Shown: positions 1-10,426, numbered from the stretch's first letter. The stretch: 38,168 bases of DNA from Octopus bimaculoides (GCF_001194135.2 NC_068986.1:107463195-107501362); one strand, 5' to 3'. Translations and numbers: made by a program. Notes: a model not told the origin generated them from the sequence alone.

Positions 1-471
1 ATATATATATATATATAATACAAAGTAGAGGAGAATGAAAACGCAAATCCTAGGCAGCCAACCAAATTCTCAAGCACAGAAATGAAGATATTCAATCATT
101 GTAACTCAATCATATATATTTATACACATGAACATAAATCATGCATGTATAGGCGTAAAGATTCTCCAATGGTATAAAAAATAAAACCAAAGATACATAA
201 AAATATAGGAGAGATATAAAAGTATAAAAATATTAAAATATACATCTAAAATCACATATAAATAAAGATTACATGTAAAAAGTTATGCGTGATAAATATA
301 CGAGGCACAAAACGAATGAGAAGTTTATGAATATAGGAATAAAAATGTTAATCTTCAAAATGGCAGACAGCCTAAATTGTCTAAAATTTCTAATACATCT
401 AAGATATGAGATAAAAGTGACACAAAGTTAAGAACAGTAAATAAAAAGGATCCGACAAATAGGAGGGTGTT

Positions 472-496
472 CAATCTACGGCCGTTTCAGGGGTAC
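472..496 (-). ncRNA. 3' half of a minimal type I hammerhead ribozyme motif (5' half missing)
   Basis: Minus strand reads GTACCCC-T-GAAA-CGGCCG-TA-GATTG: GAAA core, palindromic stem III (ACGGCCGT) and GUA cleavage triplet. No CTGANGA found upstream. Confidence 0.45.
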
Positions 497-586
497 ATTA
501 CAGGTCACAGTACTTTGTATTATTTCACATTGGCACACTACAAGCACTCCGTAAATAGCATATATATATATATATATATATATATA

Positions 587-1560
587 NNNNNNNNNNNNNN
601 NNNNNNNNNNNNNNNNNNNNNNNNNNNNNNNNNNNNNNNNNNNNNNNNNNNNNNNNNNNNNNNNNNNNNNNNNNNNNNNNNNNNNNNNNNNNNNNNNNNN
701 NNNNNNNNNNNNNNNNNNNNNNNNNNNNNNNNNNNNNNNNNNNNNNNNNNNNNNNNNNNNNNNNNNNNNNNNNNNNNNNNNNNNNNNNNNNNNNNNNNNN
801 NNNNNNNNNNNNNNNNNNNNNNNNNNNNNNNNNNNNNNNNNNNNNNNNNNNNNNNNNNNNNNNNNNNNNNNNNNNNNNNNNNNNNNNNNNNNNNNNNNNN
901 NNNNNNNNNNNNNNNNNNNNNNNNNNNNNNNNNNNNNNNNNNNNNNNNNNNNNNNNNNNNNNNNNNNNNNNNNNNNNNNNNNNNNNNNNNNNNNNNNNNN
1001 NNNNNNNNNNNNNNNNNNNNNNNNNNNNNNNNNNNNNNNNNNNNNNNNNNNNNNNNNNNNNNNNNNNNNNNNNNNNNNNNNNNNNNNNNNNNNNNNNNNN
1101 NNNNNNNNNNNNNNNNNNNNNNNNNNNNNNNNNNNNNNNNNNNNNNNNNNNNNNNNNNNNNNNNNNNNNNNNNNNNNNNNNNNNNNNNNNNNNNNNNNNN
1201 NNNNNNNNNNNNNNNNNNNNNNNNNNNNNNNNNNNNNNNNNNNNNNNNNNNNNNNNNNNNNNNNNNNNNNNNNNNNNNNNNNNNNNNNNNNNNNNNNNNN
1301 NNNNNNNNNNNNNNNNNNNNNNNNNNNNNNNNNNNNNNNNNNNNNNNNNNNNNNNNNNNNNNNNNNNNNNNNNNNNNNNNNNNNNNNNNNNNNNNNNNNN
1401 NNNNNNNNNNNNNNNNNNNNNNNNNNNNNNNNNNNNNNNNNNNNNNNNNNNNNNNNNNNNNNNNNNNNNNNNNNNNNNNNNNNNNNNNNNNNNNNNNNNN
1501 NNNNNNNNNNNNNNNNNNNNNNNNNNNNNNNNNNNNNNNNNNNNNNNNNNNNNNNNNNNN
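587..1560. other. Assembly gap (N run)
   Basis: 974 Ns preceded by (TA)n; largest of the 15 gaps in the window. Confidence 1.
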
Positions 1561-1768
1561 TATACACTCGTAAGTTGCTAACCTTAGTTACTTGATCTTA
1601 CTCTTCAGTTAACTGGTACTGTAGTTTTCGCAGCTTGATTATTTACATATCAAACTATTGAACTCAACTGTCCCTGTGCACGCTGACAAGGGGAAAACTC
1701 TGGAGAAAAATATTAGAGACGGTTATCTCAGCAGTAATAAAATTATATTCATGAAAATAAGACCACTG

Positions 1769-1770
<2 letters not shown>

Positions 1771-1823
<53 letters not shown>
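1771..1823. repeat. (AAT)n microsatellite
   Basis: Perfect trinucleotide run. Confidence 0.98.
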
Positions 1824-2393
1824 GTAAAGATATATAAGGAATAGAGAGAGGGGAACACGAGGAAAGTTAGAAGAGGAAGGAAAGAATGAATAGAGGCGCA
1901 GAATACGATAAAGGAAATCAAAAGCAATCACTGTCAATATTCTGTAGGATATTGACATTTGTGGAAGCTGCGAATTTATATGGATGACTAGATTTGACCT
2001 AATTTTCTTGTGACATGTAGAATAAATCAGGGGTGAGAGATGGTAGTGATATTGATAAATGTTCTGAGCTATCGTCTGCATTGATTAATAGAATTTTGTT
2101 GTTTTCTTTTTGTTTTGATTTTTTTCTGGGTTTTTTTTTTTTATTTTGTTTTGTTTTGTTATTTTACACGAAAGAAGAGGAAGAAATGGATAACTGTGAC
2201 ACCTCTATCTATCAGATATGTAAATGCTGCATTCTCAAAGATATATAAGAAATAGAGATAAATAAGAAACAAGCGACGATGCCGGTTGTTAACAGCATGT
2301 CGGGGTGAGTGCAGAGCGGCACCCTGTCCTGCAATTGAAACTACGACTGCATCATCATCATCAGTGCAACACCCTACCAACTAGCCCATGCAC

Positions 2394-2414
2394 CAGCAGC
2401 AGCAGTAGTAGTAA

Positions 2415-2471
<57 letters not shown>

Positions 2472-2613
2472 CAGCAGTGTTAGTGGCAGTAGTAGCAGTT
2501 GTAGTAGTAGTAGTAGATTTGTAGTAGGAAGTAGTAGCAGTAGTAGTACTATTAGTAGTAGGAGTAGTAGTAGGAAGTAGTAGTAGGAAGTAGTAGTAGG
2601 AAGTAGTAGTAGG

Positions 2614-2667
<54 letters not shown>

Positions 2668-2698
2668 ATTTGTAGTAGGAAGCAGTAGTAGTAGATTT

Positions 2699-2740
<42 letters not shown>
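2394..2740. repeat. Compound (TAG)n/(CAG)n microsatellite with GAAG and GATTT interruptions
   Basis: Direct reading; source of the spurious poly-Ser ORF. Confidence 0.97.
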
Positions 2741-2794
2741 AATCGGTAAAAAATTTGTATTAATAGCGGGAATAGGAGTTTCCTATTATTAATA

Positions 2795-3469
2795 ATTCCT
2801 TATGGTAAGCAGATCAAATCTAACCTTTCTTTCCGGTTTCGTGAACCTGTAGAAAAGAATTTCCCGAGAAATTCAAGATACTATTATTAACCCACACCGA
2901 ATTAGGATAGGTTTTTCTAACACAAAAAAAATCTTTTACAAATCATCTCTTCGCATAATAAGTTGTTAAATACAAATCCACTTAATGAAAATACTAACAT
3001 TAATTTTGTTAACACTAGCCATTCTTTAAATAATATTAACAGCGATGTTTTGTTTCTGAAGTCAACTCCAAAGGCATTCGTTTTCTTAGAAGTAATTCTA
3101 AGACTAGAAACTTTATCAATGTAAAATTACTTCCGGTGCTAACGTATTATTTTATATAGGTAGTTCTTCACCTCTGTTATCCAAAAGACTATCTAATCAT
3201 TACTTTACATTTAGGCATATCAATAAACGTAACAATACAGGGCTTAGTAAATTAATCTGGTATCTAAAAGATCAAAATAAACAATTTAATTTGGAATGGA
3301 ATATGCTCTCTATATCTTTACCGTATGATAAAGGTAAACATTTCTGCTCGCTTTGTAATAGCGAAACGTTTTATATTCTATTCTCAAAGAATCCCCTGTA
3401 AACACGTTTATAGAACGCGTTTATCATTGCAAACATAGGCAGAAACATACTTTTAGTTCCTATAAGTGA
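2795..3469 (+). pseudogene. Frameshifted PLE ORF C-terminus (GIY-YIG endonuclease)
   Basis: IPYGKQIKSNLSFRFREPVEKNFPRNSRYY / INPHRIRIGFSNTK / NLLQIISSHNKLL, then from 3108 KLYQCKITSGANVLFYIGSSSPLLSKRLSNHYFTFRHINKRNNTGLSKLIWYLKDQNKQFNLEWNMLSISLPYDKGKHFCSLCNSETFYILFSKNPL*, then from 3401 NTFIERVYHCKHRQKHTFSSYK* (TGA 3467-3469). Matches the PLE pattern ISSHN...VYQ..YIG...R..NH..F....T.LSK.IW.LK...W....PY.....C.LC..E...LN......C.HR. Confidence 0.85.
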
Positions 3470-3757
3470 TTTCTACCATTCTATATAATTTGACCTTTCA
3501 TTATCTTATTTTATTTCACTTCCCCTAAATATATCTAATTCCACGTTTTTTTAGCTTTATTCTAACTCACTCTATATTTCTGCACAATTAGTTTTCTGCT
3601 AATTTCTTTCCTTCTCTTTCTATACGCTATCTTTGACGTTATATCTACTAACGGCATTGTTTTCTTTTTTGAAAAAACTTAATAACGTTCCCTTCGTTAT
3701 CATACATAGTCATCACATTCTGCTAAAATGTCTTATGGATGTGTTTACTTTCTTTCT

Positions 3758-3843
3758 TTCCCTGATGAGAAGAATGAATTGTTTTACACAATTTTATTTC
3801 TTCTGGAATAATACCAATTTTGTATTCGAAATATATGTCGGAA
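3758..3843 (+). ncRNA. Type I hammerhead ribozyme motif of the PLE, with expanded stem II
   Basis: Stem I TTCC(3758-3761)/GGAA(3840-3843), core CTGATGA 3762-3768, stem II closed by GAA/TTC around a 53-nt insert, GAAA 3828-3831, TATATG, GUC triplet (C3839). Confidence 0.7.
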
Positions 3844-3878
3844 GTAAAAGGATTTGAATAACACCTGCGTTTAACTCA

Positions 3879-3957
<79 letters not shown>

Positions 3958-4051
3958 CATAAATATATACATACATATATACATATATCTATATGTATGT
4001 ATTATGTATGTATGTATGTATGTATGTATGTATGTATGTATGTATGTATGC
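3879..4051. repeat. (TA)n / (TATG)n microsatellite block
   Basis: Direct reading. Confidence 0.97.
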
Positions 4052-4547
4052 ACGTATGCATGTAGGTATTACCATAGATGATAAATGATTGATAATTCTG
4101 CCAGCAGTTCGCACTTAAACAAAGGTTGTTGGAGATTTTCGGCCATTAACTCAAAATAACAGACACCAATCTCACGGAATTATGAATCCAGCTTCCTTCA
4201 TAACACGAGAGGAGCCACAGGTTATTAATAGACACATTGTTCTGGTGATCTTGTATTTAATCTCTCAGTTATATATTCATTTATAATTTATTTCCTTTAT
4301 CCTCTTGTTTCCGTCGACACGTTCTATCAATCGACCAGTTAATTTCGTTAACGATGTACCTGCTGTTTTTTGCATTCACTGGGGTATGAAAATGAAGAAC
4401 AAACAGCATCTTCAGCGAAGGTCGTATATTTTTGAAAATACAACGCCACCCACCAAAAGGCTTTCATATATTAACATGACGAGTCGATATTTTTGCGGTG
4501 TAACTAAAATAATAATGCAATGTATTGTGAAATATTACATATTCATA

Positions 4548-4612
<65 letters not shown>
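4548..4612. repeat. (TAG)n microsatellite
   Basis: Direct reading. Confidence 0.98.
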
Positions 4613-4767
4613 ATATAGCAATATACTTCTGATAGAGTATCGATAAAACAATTGTGAATTCATGCTATAAAACAAGGAATTGCTCACTCCATTCCCCTTT
4701 TTTCTAATTTTATATGTATATATGTATTTATATATGTATATATATTTGTCCTCATCTTGTTTGTCGT

Positions 4768-4814
4768 TAACACAAAGTTTCAGCTGATATACCCTCCAGC
4801 CTTCTACAGGTGTC
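4768..4814 (-). ncRNA. Decayed hammerhead motif (core CTGTAGA)
   Basis: Minus strand: GACAC-CTGTAGA-A-GGCTGG-AGGGTATA-TCAGCT-GAAA-CT-TT-GTGTTA. Confidence 0.6.
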
Positions 4815-4887
4815 TTGGGGAAATTTTGAACCTGGGTTCTCATTCCTAAAGTATTTTTCGATGTTGTTATTATTATTATTATTATTA

Positions 4888-4961
4888 TTCGGTCACTGCC
4901 TGCAATCGAACTCGGAATCTTGGGGTTAGTAACCCTATCCCTAACCCATATGCCCGTGGGC
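4888..4961 (-). mobile_element. tRNA-derived SINE head (Pol III B-box-like)
   Basis: Minus strand GCCCACGGGCATATGGGTTAGGGATAGGG-TTACTAA-CCCCAAGATTCCGAGTTCGATTGCAGGCAGTGACCGAAT: anticodon-like loop closed by GGG/CCC and a GTTCGATT B-box-like motif, followed by (AAT)n. Confidence 0.65.
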
Positions 4962-4993
4962 AATTATGGAGTGAATTTTAGAGCTTATAAATC

Positions 4994-5041
4994 TAATACC
5001 TGATGAAGGCTGGGGTGTATATCAGCCGAAACATTGTGTTA
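4994..5041 (+). ncRNA. Minimal type I hammerhead ribozyme motif
   Basis: Stem I TAATAC/GTGTTA (6 bp, one G-U), CTGATGA 5000-5006, extra A, stem II GGCTGG/TCAGCC with 8-nt loop, GAAA 5028-5031, CA, AUU triplet. Confidence 0.7.
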
Positions 5042-5131
5042 ACAACAAACAAGATGAGAACAAACATCCGTCAAAAGTAAATAATGTACATAATTCATCA
5101 TCTCTTAAATATAGAAATATATGTATTTAGA

Positions 5132-5167
<36 letters not shown>

Positions 5168-5186
5168 TATATATATNNNNNNNNNN

Positions 5187-5228
<42 letters not shown>

Positions 5229-5680
5229 ACATATATGACACATGACATGTGATCTTCTTCTAACATATTAGCAGTCCACCTAGTGGCCTCCTTTATATAT
5301 ATTTTTATATATTCTTATATATACATATACAATAATCGTTTGAGATCTCAGATTTTTTCTGAATCTCCCTGATATATATATATATATATATGTAAACTTC
5401 TCTGCATCATGGTTCTACTCAAATGATGGAGGGTTGATATATCTAATGTTTATTTCCTTCCATTACGACATGCACATTGTCGTGAACTAAATCTGCCAAC
5501 ATTATGATGGATCTCCGACTCCACTAGAAACAACTCTTGGTCTTTAATTTTCTCCACTTTAATTTTCTCTGTTGTTTGTATTTTGTGCAAGTTTGATCTA
5601 TTAATATAAGTGTCTATATATTTATACTTAAATGCTCATCATCTGAAAACCCCCAGTCTTTACGCTCTTTCTGTTCTCCA

Positions 5681-5684
<4 letters not shown>

Positions 5685-5752
<68 letters not shown>
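5685..5752. repeat. (TG)n microsatellite
   Basis: Direct reading. Confidence 0.98.
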
Positions 5753-5756
<4 letters not shown>

Positions 5757-5899
5757 AATTTAGAACAAACAGTAAAAGTTTGTCATTATATTTGAGCGTA
5801 TATATGTATGTATGTTTATGTGTATTCATGTATGTATATGAATAGTTAGATTTTATCAATTGTACATATATACAAATGTACATACATATATATGTGAAT

Positions 5900-5901
<2 letters not shown>

Positions 5902-5991
<90 letters not shown>

Positions 5992-6112
5992 GTGTGTGTT
6001 TGTGTGTCTGTGTGTATTTGTGTGTGTCTGTGTGTATGTATGTATGTATGTATGTATGTATGTATGTATGTATGTATGTATGTGTGTGTGTATGTATGCA
6101 TGTATGTATGTA
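5902..6112. repeat. (TA)n followed by (TG)n/(TATG)n microsatellites
   Basis: Direct reading. Confidence 0.97.
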
Positions 6113-6644
6113 TCTGTCTATGTATATATGCCAAGCAAATATCACCTATCAGTAGTCAGACAATAGGCAGACGTATTAAAGGAGAAAAGAAAAGAAAATG
6201 CGAAATGGTAACACCGAGACAGTGGTAAAATTCTTAGTCGAACGATTCTTAGAAAATACACTTTCCTTAAAACACTATTGACTTTTAAATTCCAATGCAA
6301 GTTGCTGCTACTTCTACAAATACATAAAATGATGAACATACCATTTCATGATATTTGATTGGTGGCATTTGTTTCTACTTATTAAAAGCAATGCTATGAA
6401 TGTTTCTCAAATGTATGTGTACCAAGTTAAGTGTACTGAATATAAATAACTAAAAATATATTACATTTTAAAGAGATGTGACTATGCTATAAAATAAAAA
6501 TATATTCTTTTTCACGTAGTTTCTTATAATTGTCTCTATATTTCGAACGACTTTTCGTATGGCTATATTCCCCGATATCCTCAGCTTATATGTAGTCATA
6601 TAGTCCTAAGTATTTTTACTAATATATGTATAGGGTCTGATACT

Positions 6645-6821
6645 TTGAGGAAATGTGATAGTCGATTCCATCACCCCACTGCTCAGTTGGTACTTATCTT
6701 ATTGGCCTCGAAATGATGAAATGCTTTGTTGATCTCGGCGAAATTTGAAATCAGACCGCAATTAACCGGAAGAATACAACGTAAGGAGCGATACGCTTTT
6801 TGTTTGACGCAGTAACGATTC
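6645..6821 (-). mobile_element. Old degenerate tRNA-SINE copy
   Basis: Diverged match to the adjacent SINE (gtcgattccatcacccc...gatctcggcgaaatttgaaatcaga...aacgattct). Confidence 0.7.
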
Positions 6822-7065
6822 TTATTTCTTTATTGCCCACATGGGGTTAAACATAGAGAGGACAGACAAGGACAGACACGGACAGAAAAGGGGATTAAGT
6901 GGATTACATCGACCTCAGTGCGTAACTGGTACTTCATTTATCGACCCCGAAAGGATGAAAGGCAAAGTCGACCTCGGCGGAATTTGAACTCAGAACGTAA
7001 CGGCAGACGAAATACCGCTAAGCATTTCGCTCGGCGTGCTAACGTTTCTGCCAGCTCGCCGCCTT
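6822..7065 (-). mobile_element. Full-length tRNA-derived SINE (family A, octopus-type)
   Basis: Reverse complement begins AAGGCGGCGAGCTGGCAGAAACGTTAGC (A-box-like), contains GAGTTCAAATTCC (B-box) and ends ...GTGGGCAATAAAGAAATAAG. Near-identical to 10961-11195 and 11597-11815. Confidence 0.92.
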
Positions 7066-7160
7066 AAAAATAAACGAGTACTGGGATCGATTCGTTCTTC
7101 CAAAGTTGTGCCCCAGCATGGTCGCGCTCTAATGAGTAAAACAAGTAAAAGGTAAAAGAG
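7066..7160 (+). mobile_element. 3' tail of a second SINE family (family C)
   Basis: ccccagcatggtcgc...aaacaagtaaaag matches the tail at 16841-16890. Confidence 0.65.
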
Positions 7161-7863
7161 ACTATCTTATTTGTAGCTAAGCCTACCGAAAGAACTCTGG
7201 CAGAAAATAAATAATAAACAAAAACAAGTACAGATAAATACAGAACAAAAAATAATATCGCTCTCTTCTGTTGGGATAATGTGTCAAAATATTGATGATT
7301 GGTAGGAAGATGTGATGTCATTGGGTCCTTGTGAAATTTAGGAGCTAGAAATGAAATATTAAAAATCTAATCGTAAAGAAATAATAATTACACAAACTAA
7401 AATTATAATTAAAGTTTAGACTGTAGGACACAGTGGGAATTGTCGAAAAGAGAAAAGAAAAAGTGAAACAATTTGAGTATTAGAAAAATTGAGAAATTAA
7501 AGTAGATAGATCGATAGATAGATCAAAAAGTAGATATAAAAAAAAATGAAGGTTGAAGGAATGATGAAGCAGATGTGAATGAGATATGGAAAGTTAAGGG
7601 AAAGAGATGATTGATGTCGAAAACGATCATGGGAAACATGGCTCACGTGTATATAAAAATAATATTAGTGAGTGTGTAGAGGTGGTAAAGTATGACTAAA
7701 AGTAAGATACGGAAAACTAATCGAAAAATCAAATGAAAAAAAATGGAAGCCAAAAGAGAAGTGACAGTAAAGAGATATAGTAACTAATGAAAGACAAAAA
7801 GAAATCGAGAGAGTGAAGGGATGTAATAGAAAAAAGTGAGAGAGAGAGAAAGTAGTTGAAAGC

Positions 7864-7909
<46 letters not shown>

Positions 7910-8876
7910 AAGAGAGAGAAAGAGAGAATAAAGATATATGGTAGATAGTGGAAGATAGAAAAGAGGTGATTTTGGTTTCATGACAGTTTATCTGATTTGA
8001 AAACTTAAGACATGCTACAAGATTAACTGGTAATTTTGGATTTAGCTGCCATAGCCGAGATTGTCAGTTATCTAAGATTCACTGCTCTCTGGAGAGCAGG
8101 ATATGAACGTTCAATTGGAAGCTTGACACGCTTACTCATTTACACACGCACACACATACAGACAAATTCTCTCTCCCTACTTCCACCTCTCTCTTTTTGT
8201 CATACACACGCATTCTCACACACACGCATTCTCACACACACGCCCACTTACACATCAGTATTCACAGATGAATATGAACACTGGAAAAAAATATATATAT
8301 TTTGTAGTGGATATACACAAAATGGTATAAGTATTTAATGAAATGAACTTTAGACGATTCTTTTTTCGGTAAGTACATATTTAGCTATACCGTGAAGATA
8401 AATCATGATTAAGTGAAGTTCTTTTTCTTCTTTTTTTTTTTTCGTCTTTTGTGGCCAGAAATAAAGATTAATATCATAAATTTCAATTTTTGTTAAAGAT
8501 TCATCAAACAACTGCTATTTATTGTTGGTCACTCAAAATAGTAGCTTATAGATATTTATAATATATTCACACTTGGACATATGAAATTTCACACATTGCG
8601 AGACATTTTGAAAATGTGCAAACTTAACTGGGCTTGATGTGTTTTAATTATTCAATAAAGATACTCTATAGGAAATGTGTTTTAACGTAAAAAGTATACA
8701 CACACACACACACAGAGATATATACATATATATGAGAGGTAGTGGTATCCAGAAAGCCCAAGGGGGCAGGTAAGGTTATGTAAGTGCTACGGAAGGACCG
8801 TAGTTAAACTCTCGGTTCGATAATAATATGATTGAGGAGTCTAAAACGGGTCTTGTATGAGCATGTATATGTTAAG

Positions 8877-9095
8877 TAAAATGAGACAACAAAGCCAAAG
8901 CTGTGTGGGATTTTGAGAACAATTATAAAGAGAAAATTAGTCTTACAGCTGTTTCTATTTCCTTCTATTTAACCATCTCATATCGTCTCTGATGAAGGGA
9001 TATCCCTAATATCCCAGAAACAACTGTAAGACTAACTTTCTCTTTATAAATGTCCTGAAAATTCTACACATTCTTGGCATTGTTGTCTCATTTTA
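8877..9095. mobile_element. HHR-bearing element with 80-bp inverted arms
   Basis: 8877-8956 and 9016-9095 are reverse complements (69/80 identical by hand count). The 59-nt spacer holds the 5' half of the HHR. Confidence 0.75.
8985..9032 (+). ncRNA. Minimal type I hammerhead ribozyme motif
   Basis: Stem I GTCT/AGAC, CTGATGA 8989-8995, A, 7-bp stem II GGGATAT/ATATCCC (loop CCCTA), A, GAAA 9017-9020, CAACTG, GUA triplet (A9028). The inverted copy shows palindromic ACAGCTGT at 8945-8952. Confidence 0.8.
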
Positions 9096-9376
9096 TCTAA
9101 CACACACACACACANNNNNNNNNNNNNNNNNNNNNNNNNNNNNNNNNNNNNNNNNNNNNNNNNNNNNNNNNNNNNNNNNNNNNNNNNNNNNNNNNNNNNN
9201 NNNNNNNNNNNNNNNNNNNNNNNNNNNNNNNNNNNNNNNNNNNNNNNNNNNNNNNNNNNNNNNNNNNNNNNNNNNNNNNNNNNNNNNNNNNNNTATATAT
9301 ATATATATATATACATAGCAAGAGGGAACGATAGACAGAGAGACAGACAGACGGGCGGACGAACAGGCAGGCAGGC

Positions 9377-9426
<50 letters not shown>
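9377..9426. repeat. (GATA)n microsatellite
   Basis: Direct reading. Confidence 0.97.
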
Positions 9427-9427
<1 letters not shown>

Positions 9428-9630
9428 AGCTTGCACAATCGTTAGCGCGACGGACAAAATGCTTAGTACAATTCACCGGATCTTTACGATTTGAATGCCA
9501 ATACAGCCACGGTCAAAATTTCTCCATGCTTACGGGGTTGATAAAATAAAATACCAGTCAAGCACTGTGAACGATATAATCGGCAAACCTCTCCCCTAAT
9601 ATTGCTGGTCTTGTTTCAAAATTTGAAGCA
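9425..9630 (+). mobile_element. Degenerate tRNA-SINE (family B)
   Basis: aatcgttagc...aaatgcttag...ggggttgataaaataa...cccctaatattgctggtcttgtttcaaaatttgaa resembles 18032-18240. Confidence 0.7.
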
Positions 9631-9643
9631 TGTGTACATATAT

Positions 9644-9888
9644 GTGTCTCGCTTGCTCACGAAAGATCAGAAGCAGTCATGATTGAATGCGTGTCGTGAA
9701 CTAAAAGAACAGCTGGAAGTTGCTCAGGATCCTTTTTCGAAGGTCATCACTGGTCAATACAGAGGTCAAAAAGAAACCTGGTGCTACGGTTATGACACTG
9801 AAACGAAGCAACAATCAAACCAACAGAAGCATTTGATGTCACCCCACCCCACAAAAGCGCATCAAGTCCAATGATTTGTTTCGCCGAT
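9644..9888 (+). mobile_element. Tc1/mariner transposase fragment (pseudogene)
   Basis: VSRLLTKDQKQS*LNACRELKEQLEVAQDPFSKVITG(QYRGQK)ETWCYGYDTETKQQSNQQK..SPHPTKAHQVQ matches mariner WVPRLL...ITGDE(S/T)W.Y.YDPETKQQS.QW...SP.PKK motifs. Confidence 0.85.
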
Positions 9889-10339
9889 TTGTTTCGCCGA
9901 TATGAAAGTAATTGTCCAAAGTTTAATCATTTTTATCTAATCAGAAAACAGGATTTAGAAGCTAGTATTTTCTGCATGATGGTTGTCTATCATGAAATGA
10001 AAGCAAAATCATTAGGAGGAGGAATTTGTTATTAAGCAAACGAAAGCAAAGCATTACGACGACTAGGGTTGTAAGAACTTCTGAAGTTTTAATAAGTTAT
10101 AATGAATAAAGTCATGTGAAACGGTCGAACAGATATGTCAATAATTAAAAAAAGGAAACAATCCCCAACGAAGATTTTTGCTATAAATTGCACAAATGTA
10201 TCCTGATCAAGAAGTCTATCTATCGGGAAAGGCATGGTCTGGGTCTGACATGGAATAAACAAAAATTTATATAAGATATTTTATTGTACAAAGTGCCCCG
10301 CAACCACGGGCTATTCAGCTAATATATATNNNNNNNNNN

Positions 10340-10426
10340 CTCTTCAACTGAAAGGAACGCAGAAAGAAATAAGGAGAGAAACAAGGAGAAAAAAATATAA
10401 ATGTAGTGGTCAGCGATCTATCATGG
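10340..10426 (-). mobile_element. Partial copy of HHR-like repeat family E
   Basis: Shares gatagatcgct..ccactaca...ttcctttc.gt.gaagag with 22208-22342 and 26075-26278; truncated by a 10-N gap. Confidence 0.7.

Larger units (their letters stand above)
2741..3877 (+). mobile_element. Penelope-like retroelement, 3' fragment (linker + GIY-YIG endonuclease + 3' region with HHR)
   Basis: Manual translation across frameshifts gives a PLE-type linker and GIY-YIG domain, followed about 290 bp later by a hammerhead motif. Flanked by (TAG)n and (TA)n. Confidence 0.85.
4745..5116. mobile_element. Composite non-autonomous element: 66-bp inverted arms each holding an HHR, enclosing a tRNA-like head
   Basis: Arms 4745-4810 and 4999-5064 are reverse complements (58/66 identical by hand count). 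A tRNA-like segment lies between them on the minus strand. Confidence 0.75.

Noticed and set aside
1682-1732. GCTGA...TCAGC pairing with CTGACAA and GAGAC
   Set aside because: Neither core half is intact; could be a relic but is unsupported.
2358-2364. CTGATGA on the minus strand
   Set aside because: Lies in a (CAT)n run with no downstream stem II or GAAA. The occurrence near 21598-21604 fails the same way.
2305-2580. Poly-Ser, poly-Tyr, YIYI, HTHT and LSIY ORFs here and throughout the window
   Set aside because: Translations of microsatellites with no domain content.
4888-4961. Functional tRNA gene here or at other tRNA-like heads
   Set aside because: Acceptor and D stems are incomplete and the sequences continue into SINE bodies or occur as diverged interspersed copies.
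5495-5541. HHR-like layout GCCAAC-ATTATGA-TGGA..TCCA-CTA-GAAA-CAAC-TC-TTGGT
   Set aside because: Two core mismatches and extra bases before GAAA; too degenerate to call without a family consensus.
9875-9901. Short tandem duplication TTGTTTCGCCGAT x2
   Set aside because: A local slippage event at the end of the mariner fragment; no wider significance evident.
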